The notes under the pieces were generated by a model, which was given only the letters and a program-made list of their open reading frames with translations, was not told the origin of the DNA and did not search any database. The position numbers and the translations under genes are program-made. From Schizosaccharomyces osmophilus (lineage: Eukaryota), in NCBI RefSeq assembly GCF_027921745.1, contig NC_079239.1, forward strand, positions 3,348,001 to 3,412,000: a stretch of DNA of 64,000 bases, in the 5' to 3' direction. Shown piece by piece: positions 23,052 through 34,051 of the stretch; the stretch's first letter is position 1; every line of letters begins with the position of its first letter.

Positions 23052-24251
23052 ATGTCCAACACAAACTTTCCTATTCAAAGAGAAGATGAACTCAAACATA
23101 ACTTGGCTCATAAAGTGCTGCCTCCTTGGAGACGATACGATCGTTTCGACATAGAGTACGTGCGTCCTAGCCTTCAATCCTCAAAAGGTTTAAACTTTTT
23201 TCAAACGCTGAAGTGGTCGCCTGGCGGTAGAAGCATACTAGCGTTGACGGAAAATCAAAAACTGACGAATTGGCCAATTTCTACAAGAGACACTGATACG
23301 AAAGAGCAAGCTTTTATACTTGGTAAGGATGAGAAAAAAGCTGTCACCCCTTCAGAATGCGTATATAGCTTTGCATGGCATCCCTTCCAGAACAATGAAA
23401 AGCAAGATTCTGATTTGTTTGCGTTCTCCACTAAAGACTATCCTATCCAACTCTATAACATTGCAAAGCAACAAAGAGTATCTTCGTTTTACATAGTCGA
23501 CCACCGTGAACAATTCACTGGCTCTCATTGCATGGATTTTACTCCAGATGGTGAGTATTTAATAGCTGGTGGAACAGACAATGTGTACTTATTCAATGTA
23601 CATCAAGGTCAAAAGTCTCCTGTTTCTACAACACCAACTAGCGGACATGGATTCTCGACGTGGGAACCCACACTCGACGGAGTTCAATCCAGCATATGTC
23701 TTAATCCTCAAAACCCTCGGACAGTTGCTTTGGGGACCTTCAATAATACCGTTGGTATTTATGACAATTATGGGAGCAGGCCATGTCAACTCAAGTTTTC
23801 GTTGGCGACTGGTACCGGAATTACGTGTATGAAATGGTCGCCAGACGGGTGTAAGATGTATGTGGGCAGTCGAAAAAGTACCCAAATTGAAGTTTGGGAT
23901 ACTCGTTACGCGCAGGATATGCTATATGAATTAAAAGATCATAAAGGCGACACCAACCAAAGGATGTCATTTGACACTTTTGGATATGAAGGACTCATAA
24001 GTGGAGGCACTGATGGTTGTGTCTCAGTTTGGCAGGGGACTGAACTTGTTGAAAAAATCAACGTAACAGATCAAAGAAACGTAACAGTAGCAGCTGTCCA
24101 GAAGCACCCTTTGGATTCTTCTTTACTTGCTTTGTGTTATGGTAGAAGATCCGATATTATGGATGATGAAGACGGATTTTCTTCAATGGAGTATTGGAAT
24201 TCCGCATTCTCTTCTCTTCAACTCTGGGGGATGAACAATGCTTTCCCTTAA
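23052..24251 (+). CDS. gnr1: WD-repeat protein of the WRAP53/TCAB1/Swt21 family (S. pombe Gnr1-like)
   Basis: Family motifs NFFQTLKWSPGG, ECVYSFAWHP, STKDYPIQLYN, GITCMKWSPDG...LYVGSRKS..IEVWDTR-like and DTNQRMSFD. First ATG in the ORF is at 23052. Confidence 0.75.
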   Translation: MSNTNFPIQREDELKHNLAHKVLPPWRRYDRFDIEYVRPSLQSSKGLNFFQTLKWSPGGRSILALTENQKLTNWPISTRDTDTKEQAFILGKDEKKAVTPSECVYSFAWHPFQNNEKQDSDLFAFSTKDYPIQLYNIAKQQRVSSFYIVDHREQFTGSHCMDFTPDGEYLIAGGTDNVYLFNVHQGQKSPVSTTPTSGHGFSTWEPTLDGVQSSICLNPQNPRTVALGTFNNTVGIYDNYGSRPCQLKFSLATGTGITCMKWSPDGCKMYVGSRKSTQIEVWDTRYAQDMLYELKDHKGDTNQRMSFDTFGYEGLISGGTDGCVSVWQGTELVEKINVTDQRNVTVAAVQKHPLDSSLLALCYGRRSDIMDDEDGFSSMEYWNSAFSSLQLWGMNNAFP

Positions 24252-25543
24252 ACGGAATTTCAGATCGTCAAACTTTTCTAAAAGGATTATATCACTCAAA
24301 AACAAGATTCGAAAGAATAATATAACAATATATCTTTTCCCATCAAAATTGAACAGACAGATTGGAAATGTCATCCTACGGAATCATTTATCCCGAGATG
24401 AAGAAACCATCAAAGGAAGCCAAAACTGATTCCAGGAGTACCTGGTGAAATCATTCAAGCTTCAAATATTCGTTATGGAATTTCATACCAATAACCCATG
24501 TATTTATATCGTTAATGTCGCTTCTAATAGTGTATTCATATGACATTGTATAGAATAAAGGAACTGATATTTAAGCTTTTGAAAGCATAAACAGGTTCTA
24601 TAATAAGTGCCAGAACGCATTTTGAATATTAAAGACTACTTGATAATGCAACTTGTTAGGTAACCATTGAAAAGTATTAAGGTACTATTACCTGGGATGT
24701 AAGCAGAATATATTTACAATTTGAGTGTATTTTTCAAACAATTAATGGATAAAATAACAACTCCTGTAAACTTGAACTACAAAGCTCTTTGAATCAAACT
24801 GTCATAACGACACCACTTGAAAATGACAAAAGCTTACTCAAGCTTATAGTAAACGCAAAAGAGAAGCAGTTTATAGAATATTGGATTTCTATAAAAAAAA
24901 TATATAATTGTTATTATATTCATCATGCAGACCATAAAAAGACAAGCCAAATATTGAACTAGTTCAATAACAATATACTCTCACGAAGTGAAGCTATACT
25001 AGTTAAACAGTAATCTTAACGGAACTCGTAATTGCAGATTAAATCTACATTTAAAATTTTTTTATTTGTATACTTACAAAACATAAAACATACCAAAAAG
25101 ACCTTTCATCTTTTATATTTCACGCCAAGTAAATAAACATATTCCTTTACGAAAAGTAACAATACCCAGGTAACGTTTATTTGAGTATAACGACAGTTCA
25201 CAAAAGTGTTATATAATTATAATGAACCAAACCTAGATTCACTATATATGTATTATGCACTTGGACGACTTACAACGTGAGTCTATCAAAATTTTGATTT
25301 TTACCTGTTTAAGGACGAAGTTCTGTACTAAGCTGTTTTTTTTTTTCGATTTTTTACAACTATTTAAGAATTGAGATTCATTTTAACAAGCTTTTGTCCG
25401 AAGAACAGTGATTCAAAGTGATTTCTTCTGTTAGTGTTTGAACGAACCCAGAACCAAACAGGTGACTACATAAGAAAAGTTGAAAATTAGGCGATTCAAT
25501 TGCCTATCTTTTTCTTATTCGATTCATCTTTTAATTATTCAAA

Positions 25544-26316
25544 ATGGTAACTCCAACGCAAAGGAAAAAACAGCGTTCCAATCAACCTCGATTGACGAGA
25601 AAGAATCACAACAAAAAAGCAAAAGCAAAACTTTATGGTAATGGTATTGTTCGTGAGAATTGGGATATACATGCTACATTAACGCAGAAGTAAGTTTTTC
25701 ATTGTTGATTAAGGACGAAGAAAGGAAGCACCAGACGATATTAAAGCGTTTGCTCATATTTTGTGTCAACTCTGTTTTGAAGTCATTGAGAAACTTTGCT
25801 GACATTTTATGGATTCATATGCTAACTTTTTTGTATAGTTACGAGCGAATGGGTCTTGTAGTCACTCCCAATTATGTTACGGGTGGTAAAGAAAAAATCA
25901 ACCCAGATCCCAAACCTGAAACGAATAAAAACAAGGGCGAACCTACCGAAGACGAGTTAGAAGAACTTCGTAAAAGCTTGGGTCCTGGAGAGGCTATTGT
26001 TCGAAGAGATGATGAAGGAAATATCATTGAAATTATTCATGGTAAAGAGCGTACTTTTGATGATATTCTAGATGAAGATGTGAAAGCTGTCCCGGCCAAG
26101 ACTGAAGTCACAAGGAAATTAGAAGAAGAAGCCTCACGGAAAGATAAACCTCGTAAGAAACTTCCCTTGAGTGCCTTTGAGTTGTCTTACATGACTAAAC
26201 TACTAAAGAAGTATGGCCCCGATAATTTCGAGAGCATGTCAAAAGATATGAAGTTGAACCCGAAACTCATAAGCTCTGCCAAGCTTAAGCAAATGTACAG
26301 CCGTATGCAAGCATAA
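25544..26316 (+). CDS. nop16: Ribosome biogenesis protein Nop16 (intron 25690-25838)
   Basis: MVTPTQRKKQRS...RENWDIHATLTQN|YERMGL...LLKKYGPDNFESMSKDMKLN. Confidence 0.92.
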
Positions 26317-26749
26317 GAGATATGTAATTTTACAGTCTCATTTATTAAAGTGTATTTAATACAATATTGGGTTAGGTTTTTTGGATGAAAAGATTTAAAT
26401 AACATCTCATTTCTCATATATCATATAGCAGCAGCATCTAATATTTCGTGCTACCACAATGCATGTACAACCGAAAGTATCTGAAAACGAGTGCTATACT
26501 TTGGCAGCTGTGGAGATTAAAAATGCAATAACTATCAAATCACCCGTGGTTATAAAAAGTAAAAGATTCAAGTTTCTATACACTTTTAATAAATAGTCAT
26601 CCACGGGCATGATGACAATGATCATAAAGTGTATGTTCCCATAATTCGTAATGCTAATGGTTTGTTAGAGTAGATAATCTGCCACTAAATGCAATGTTGA
26701 CTATGCTCTAGGAAATTTCAAAGCTGTATGCTATTTCATCTCCTTCAAT

Positions 26750-28684
26750 TTAGGCTATCACACAATTAAAATGTTTACGAAATTTAGCTTTTTTCGTCTT
26801 CTTAGTAACTGGTACCTTTTGTACTACAGGCTGTTCCGGCAAGGTCCCAGGGATAGGCTTCGTAGTGCCCGCATTAGAAGTATCGCCCTGCGATTGAGAA
26901 CTAACATAGGGAGTTGAAGGAGCACTACTATAATCTGCAGCACGATGGGACTGAGTCGACGTAGTAGTAGGAGGGACATATTCTGCTGGACTATTCTTCA
27001 ACAGTTCTTTCAGATTCTTCAAATTCTCAGCAGCTTCGGCATGTCCATTATTAGAAGCTTCCGTATACCAATAAAGAGCTTGTTCTGAATTATTTTTACT
27101 TTCAAAGATATATCCCAATAAGAACTGTGCATTGGAGTTTCCTGCCATTGCCGCTCTCTCGGCATGTACGAAGGCTTGATCTTCGTCAACTGGTACACCG
27201 GCACCACCATTTAAATACCACTTGGCAAGTGCAAAATCAGCTTCGCTTTCGCCTTGCTTAGAGGCAGCAGAATAATAAAATACAGAATACTTTGGACTTT
27301 TGAAACATCCATATTTACCAAATTCATAAACTGCACCCATACGCAGCATAGCAGAAGATTGTCCCATGAATGCCGCCCGCGCAAAGGACTCTAGTGCACG
27401 TCGCTCGTTCAGAGGAACTTCTAATCCTTCTGCATCTAAATCAACCAATCCTGGATGCTTATGTAAATTTATAAGGGCATAACTATACAAACCAGAAGGA
27501 ACATCAGCATCGGCAGTATTAGCACTCTGTTCCAAAAGCTGAAGACCACGAGTGCGTTGCTGAGCATATGTTCCAATATTATCAAGCATTCCTTCAAGGA
27601 TTAATAAAGCTAATCTCCAACAAGAAGCACTGTCTTTGGAGTTAGCACCCTCCTCGAAGTATTCAACGGCCTCTTGAAGACTTCCTTGATCCTCTAAAAT
27701 TACACCTAGTCTATAGAGACTTCGAGTATAGCCGAGTTTGGCAGAAGCAGAATACAATTCCCAAGCTTGTTGAAGGTCAACTTCAACATCAAAGGCACCA
27801 GACTCATAAGTGTAAGCATCAAAATAGAGAGCACGAGGATTCTCGGCTCTTGAATATTCACGAAATTTATCGAGTGCAATTTCACATACATTCTCCAAGT
27901 AGTCAATTTCGTCATAATTTTCGGTATCATAAGATTGCAAATAAGGAAGATGAACCAATGTAAAACGAAGGACGTACTCTGCCCATTCTAAACAATCGTC
28001 AGGGTTCATAGAATGTACCAAATCTTCATTTTCGCGAATCCAATCTAGCTGCTCCTCTTCGCAGATAGGTAAAGTAAAAGGTAAATCAGTCGAGACCTGT
28101 TTTTGTAATGGAGAAGAATGCCTTGGTGTGGTGTTGCGCTGTAAAGAGTCGGTTGATTGTGCTGGAAAAGTAGTAGCAGGTAAAACTTCATGAGAAATCC
28201 GAGACGGAGTAGGTGTAAAAGTAGTAGACAAGGACTTCTTAGGCATTAAGTTTTTAGTTGCAGGATTGTCATTTAGTTGCTTGTCTTGAGGCGAATCTGC
28301 AGATGTAGCTCGTTTGATAGTCAATAGCATGCTAGAAGAAGATACATTTGGGCGTGAATAAAGACCGACCTTTTTACTACTAACACTCGGAACTTTTTGA
28401 TCCCCGGAATCGTTCATTTCAGGTGCGATCATATCACCTATACCGTAAGCTGGAGTTATTTTATCCGTCTCAAACGGTATGTTCGACTGAACATTGTTAA
28501 GATAAAAAGCACCGATTCTAGAAGCCAAATGAGGATCGGACTGCATAGAAGTACTCAAAGTTGAACGATTGCGGGAACGTATTCGGCTTAAATTACCGGT
28601 ACTTGCACTAGCAGCCCGTACAGGACTTGACATTTCTGGTGCAACTGCGGTTCCTCTTGAGTATTCGGCGCCGTCGGAATACAT
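26750..28684 (-). CDS. chr4: SEL1-repeat protein Chr4/Cfh3 (Chs4/Skt5 family) with C-terminal CaaX
   Basis: Multiple SEL1 repeats (AMLRMGAVYEFG, ADFALAKWYLNG, AQFLLGYIFE) and a C-terminal CVIA prenylation motif. First ATG at 28684. Confidence 0.85.
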   Translation of the reverse strand: MYSDGAEYSRGTAVAPEMSSPVRAASASTGNLSRIRSRNRSTLSTSMQSDPHLASRIGAFYLNNVQSNIPFETDKITPAYGIGDMIAPEMNDSGDQKVPSVSSKKVGLYSRPNVSSSSMLLTIKRATSADSPQDKQLNDNPATKNLMPKKSLSTTFTPTPSRISHEVLPATTFPAQSTDSLQRNTTPRHSSPLQKQVSTDLPFTLPICEEEQLDWIRENEDLVHSMNPDDCLEWAEYVLRFTLVHLPYLQSYDTENYDEIDYLENVCEIALDKFREYSRAENPRALYFDAYTYESGAFDVEVDLQQAWELYSASAKLGYTRSLYRLGVILEDQGSLQEAVEYFEEGANSKDSASCWRLALLILEGMLDNIGTYAQQRTRGLQLLEQSANTADADVPSGLYSYALINLHKHPGLVDLDAEGLEVPLNERRALESFARAAFMGQSSAMLRMGAVYEFGKYGCFKSPKYSVFYYSAASKQGESEADFALAKWYLNGGAGVPVDEDQAFVHAERAAMAGNSNAQFLLGYIFESKNNSEQALYWYTEASNNGHAEAAENLKNLKELLKNSPAEYVPPTTTSTQSHRAADYSSAPSTPYVSSQSQGDTSNAGTTKPIPGTLPEQPVVQKVPVTKKTKKAKFRKHFNCVIA

Positions 28685-29272
28685 TCTAAAGAAATTATAA
28701 ATAAAGGGCAACAGGTGGAAAGAGAGAAAAACACGTAAAAAGAGAGTATTTAAAATAATATGCAAGGAGCTTATAGAAAGCTCCTGTCTTTTATTTGGTA
28801 AAGGCCACTTTTTTTGAAAATTCGGTCTCCTTTCAAAAGCGTCTAAACAACTTCCTTTATTTTAAACACGAAACAATGTATCATCCGTACTGGTGATGGT
28901 TTGAACTTCACAAATACGAAATTGAAGGAAAGGGATAGGATGAGATGGGATAGCCAGCCAAGTTTTTGAGTGACAATTAATATGTTACCTAACGTTTGAA
29001 TATAATTTATCGAAGTTGATAATTTAGACGAACATTGGTGAGTATTAGCAATAGTGAAGAAAAATAAAATTAATTAAAACAATGGCTTGGGTACTATAGG
29101 TATTGGTGATGGGTAAAAAGGAGGAAGCAAACAGTTCATCGTCGATAACATACAATTTGTACTTTTAATGAAGGCTTCTTATTTGCGTGAAATTTAGAAG
29201 AAAAGGAAATACACTTATTGTTATGCTACATTATTGCTATACTAATGAACTTTCGATTGACATGCTTTCAAA

Positions 29273-30499
29273 TCACTGATCATCTTTCTCGCCTTTTTCT
29301 AGCCAGCTTGCAAACCTCTCTAACCTGTGCTCTTCATCTTCGTCATTCTCGAAACTCTGCTTCCCAGACTTTCGGAATCGCGTTTTCCCATCATATATAG
29401 ATGCTTCCACAATTCTTCCATCAAAGTATCTACCTTGCATTAATCGCATGCATTCTTCTGCCTCTTCGTTGTTTGAAAATCGAATCGTTACAACGCCATC
29501 CGGCTCTTGATCATATAATGCCACATTGGTAACGCGTCCACATTTTTCGGCCTCAGCTGTGATGTCTTCTTTTAAATCAAGTAACAGTTCAGGCTGGGTA
29601 TCCAGTTCTTTCAATGTAAAAATATGCTTCAAAACCAATATTTTCCCAAAACGCTTTCTTCTTTTTTCATCAACTTCTTCTTCAACTTCTCCCCAAGACG
29701 AGATTTTTCTAGAAATGAATTAGTAAACAGTAATTTGTAGAAGAGCTTACTGTAATTGTTGCTGTCGCTTTCTTTGGACCTTCTTCTTGACCGAATCGCT
29801 GACATCCCGATTTACAGACTTTTCCTTTTTGTAATCAATACTAGCCTCTTGAACTTTCATCTTTACTCCTGAGCCAAGTCGAAATTCGGTATCGTCGAAT
29901 AGCTGTTCTGCCAATTGAATACTTTCGCTTCGAAAGAAAACGATCAAGGCGTCTCCCTTATACGTACCGTCCTCATTTGTATACAATTTAATTCTAGGCG
30001 TACCTGTATCAACGTTTTCGGCGATGATTCCGCATTTGGAAAATACTTCTTTCACTTCTGATACTGTCACGTCTTTGGGAAGACCGGAAACATAAATAGC
30101 CTTATTGATTGGTGCAAGCGTTTCATCCTTGTTTGATGAAGTTTCTTCTTTTTTTGTTCTTTTCACTGAGGCATCGGGTTGCTGCTCTTCTGAGTATGAT
30201 TCATCTGGGTATTCTCTCTTCTTTTCACTTATCGTTTCTGACGTCTCTTCTGCACCCTTCTCAGCAGAATTATCGTCTGCATTAGATTCAACAGGAAAGC
30301 TACCTAAAAACTTCTTATTCTCAAAATCCTTGAGTCGTTAGGGGATCTGTCTTGCTTGATTTCTTTGTAATAACAAACTCATGTTTCATACGTATTCCTT
30401 CCATGACTTTTCTTCATCAATATATACCAATTGCTGTTCTTGAGGTCCTAAACATCTCCATCTTTGTACTTGAGCATCCCAAACCGGCTGTGAAGACAT
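29273..30499 (-). CDS. uap2: U2 snRNP-associated protein Uap2 (Tat-SF1/Cus2), RRM + UHM, 3 exons
   Basis: AIYVSGLPKDVT...FSKCGIIA...PRIKLY...KGDAL and the UHM ELLLDLKEDITAEAEKCG...GRYFDGR. ATG at 30499. Confidence 0.92.
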
Positions 30500-32098
30500 T
30501 CGTTTCTTCTGGATGACGATAAAACGATGTGGCAGTTGGAAACCATAATGAGAGTCAGCAAAAAAGGATTATCTCAAAATTTATCATTTCTTAATTATAA
30601 CAAATTCTTGTAAAAAGATAAAAATACTGCCACAAAAACTTAATACATCCTCTTCAAAACAACAAAAAAACTCGTTTTTGAGTTTTAGCATGCTATGCTA
30701 TAAACAGAAGGAAATCGCATACTAACAAACAAGATAAAGGAAAGTGTTTTAATGGTTTTAAACGCAATACTCCATGATCATGTGTAGCGGAATGAAGGTT
30801 TCATCGGATTTACCCAATTGACTTGTGAAAACAGCATGTGCTGTCAAAAGCTTTTAATGAAAAAGGAAAAAAAAATTAAAAGCTAAATTTTTTCTCCACT
30901 ACATAACTGAGGGATCAATTGGAAACCAGAGCGAACACATCGTGGATGCTACGTAGAGTCTTTTTTTTTTTCATCAAATATTATAAAATGCAAAGGAATG
31001 ACTCATGAGCTGGATAGGTAATACTGCTATCACAAAAATGATAGTAACACCAGCTTAAAGTACGTACGTGAAAGAGCCTTTCGAAATAAACAATACCGCC
31101 GCAGGTGCGTGCACAAATAATGAATCACGTTTTAACCCAGAAGCTAATGAAAGTTATCTTTTAATCGGTATTTTTTGTCGTTTACGCCCGGATTGTATTA
31201 ATTATGTTTGTACAAGTTGCTGTCTTGTAGTCATTGATTCAGCTGACAAGAAGTATGGGCAAATTTATTGCGTGCACTAGTATAAAGGATCTAACTTTCC
31301 TACTAATATATCAAGGAAAGAATTCGAAAACAGAATTTAAAACAAGCTTGCTATGGTTTGTTTGTTGCCCACCTTTTTAGATTTTTCACGTTCACTTTCG
31401 TATCCGCCTGAAGCAAAGCATTCTCACAATGACTTAATTGGAATTCTCTAATTAGAAGGAAGTTTATGTTTCCCCGAAGCAGTATAATTAGAGATGTGAA
31501 TTGCGGGTATTGCTTTTCTTTTCACGTTTCACGCAATGCTGTCGGAAAGAGCAGCCAAGGCTTTCGTTTCTTTAAATCATTTTCTTCATGGGTAAAATGT
31601 GCCATAAGTATACGCAATGCAACCCTTCAGCAATTGTTAGATGAAAACGGCCTAACCTGTTTAGGCCTTTTTCTATTCCAAGTACTGGAGCCATAAACTG
31701 CAATCGTCTCGTGGGCGACATATACCAATGGTTGTTCAAGCTTTCATCAGACAATCAAGAAAACTTTGCCCGTGCTTACCAAATGGACACCCGTAAGGAC
31801 GACAACATTCGAGACGAATGAACGAAACGAAGCACGGCTACCCACGATATTACTTGAAATAAACGTCTACATAAAATTTTACGAAAGCTACACTTTCCAA
31901 AAAAATAAGCAACAAAAGACCAACATCCAAATTTAATAAACCCCATAATATTTTAATCAAGTAAAAAGTAGACTGAAATTAATTTTTCTTCAAATTGAAA
32001 AAGGGGTATTTTCAACCGTAACCAAAGCTCTCTTGAAAACACGTAGACGGAAATGCAACCCGCTTCCAATTAGTAGGAGACCAAGACAATGAGCTAAT

Positions 32099-33133
32099 CT
32101 ACAAATCAGCATCATCTTCGTCAGGAAGAGGCATAGCAGCAGCCTCGTTCATTTCTTGTTGGTATTGAGCCAACAATTGCTGGTCAACTTGAACCTCAGG
32201 AGGAGCAAGAGCAGGAGAAGCAACAAATTCCAAGTTGGGGTTACCAACCAACTTACGGGCAAGCCATAAGAAAGGCTTCTCGAAGTTGTAGTTAGACTTG
32301 GCGGAGATGTCATAGTATTGGAGGTTCTTCTTGCGGTGGAAGGTGATGGCCTTAGCCTTTACCTTACGCTCCTTAACATCAACCTTGTTACCGCAGAGGA
32401 CAATGGGAATGTTTTCACAAACACGGACAAGATCACCTATGAAGAATGTTAGTAACCCCCTTTTTGTCTCGACACATGAGTTAGCAGAAAGAAAAGAATT
32501 GAATCTTAAATTAAAATCAATCAACAGCCATTCAATGCTAGTAAATGCTCTGATTCATATTCAATCCTTTCATGTCCACCTCATTCTTCAAATTAACATA
32601 CGCCACCAGTGAGGAACGTTCTTGTAAGTGATACGAGAAGTAACATCAAACATAATAATACCACATTGACCCTGAATATAATAACCGTCACGAAGACCAC
32701 CGAGCTTCTCTTGGCCAGCAGTGTCCCAGACGTTGAAGCAAAGTTCACCAAAGTTGGTGTGGAAGTGTAAGGGGTGAACCTCGACACCCTAAACACGTTA
32801 GTATTTCACGCTTTTTTATACTCAGAATCTTCCATGTATAATCTAACATGAAGACGCTCATTTCAACTCAAATCCATCGACAGCGGTCCAACCTTTGCCC
32901 AAATTGTGAAAAAACAAACACAAGTTTACAAAGAGTCAAACATATTTTGTCGACGCGTCTTTGAAAGCACTTGATTCTACAATCATGCTAATTCATGGAA
33001 ATCTACATACCAAAGTAGCAATGTACTTCTTTTCAAATTCACCAGTCAAATGGCGTTTGACGAAAGTGGTTTTACCAGTACCACCATCTCCTACGAGAAC
33101 AAGCTTAAAGGTAGGAATGTTTTGTTGAGCCAT
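32099..33133 (-). CDS. spi1: Ran GTPase Spi1, 3 exons
   Basis: [39 protein letters not shown]...[17 protein letters not shown]...NKVD...acidic C-terminus PDEDDADL. Confidence 0.98.
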
Positions 33134-33233
33134 GTTTCCTTTTTTCTTAATGCACCGAAACTACCTGAGTTTGGTTAAGGGAAAAATTTAGTGTAGCGTA
33201 ATTTTTATATGAGAGCGAGTCCTGCACAAAGGA

Positions 33234-33245
33234 AACCCTAACCCT
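33234..33245. promoter_or_regulatory. AACCCTAACCCT box (Teb1-type / HomolE-like) upstream of spi1
   Basis: Exact AACCCTAACCCT about 100 bp upstream of the spi1 ATG. Confidence 0.5.
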
Positions 33246-34051
33246 ATCGTATTAGCTTCTTTGGAATCCGACAGAATGGGAAGGGTAGAGCACCTTCTTA
33301 GAGGATTCGGTGAATTAACGAGTGCAGTAAATAAGGTAGTGTAGTGACAGAAAGACATTTAAAAGAGGATTGCTTCGTACGAAAAACAAGAAGTTGGATG
33401 GAGAGATGGAACAAGCTTACGCTGATGATGCAAGTAATTGTAAAATTATTGTCCTCAAGTTGTGAGACTTTGATCGTTTGAGGTTTAACGCGTATGAGCT
33501 CTTAATAGGTTAACATGCGAAGTAGAGGGTCAGTTTGGTTATGAAAATCGGGAAAATTGGGTTCGACAAAATCAACTTGACTTATTAAATAAAAAACTAT
33601 ATATATAGCAATAAAACATATGACAAGAAGTCTTCGGTCAAACACAAATCCAAAGGAAGCTCATTACTTTTATAAAAGAGAAAAGAGAGAGTGCGACGTA
33701 TCACAAATATACTTAACTCCTAGTTATATAATGAAAGAAAAAAAAACGTATGCTCGTTAAACATCTTAAATTAAATTGGATCCGCAGCCAGTGAGGATTC
33801 AAATGGAACGTGTGGGCAAGTTGAAGAAGTTAATCGTTAAGACGCAAAACTCAACATTAAATTGTTTAAGTTCCAAGAAGTAGATTATTTTTAAAACAGT
33901 AAGAAAACACGTAAAGCTTGTCAATTCCTTGAAACAAAAAAAAATTTAGAACCATCGATATTCCCCACTCTGTTTTCAAAATTCGAGTCAAGCTTTGACT
34001 AATCGTAAACTTTTATACAATCAGCAAATCTACGCATATCATTCATTCATA

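Noticed and set aside
28685..28765. N-terminal extensions from TTG/GTG starts in the ORF track (chr4, rpc40, adn2, gnr1, permease, Zn2Cys6 factor)
   Set aside because: These are bacterial-style start calls. In this eukaryote the first in-frame ATG was used instead.
28954..28959. Single CCAGCC (Ace2 site) upstream of chr4
   Set aside because: One hexamer is within chance expectation.
32437..33010. Intronic snoRNAs in the two long spi1 introns
   Set aside because: No canonical C box (RTGATGA) paired with a terminal D box, and no clear H/ACA layout.
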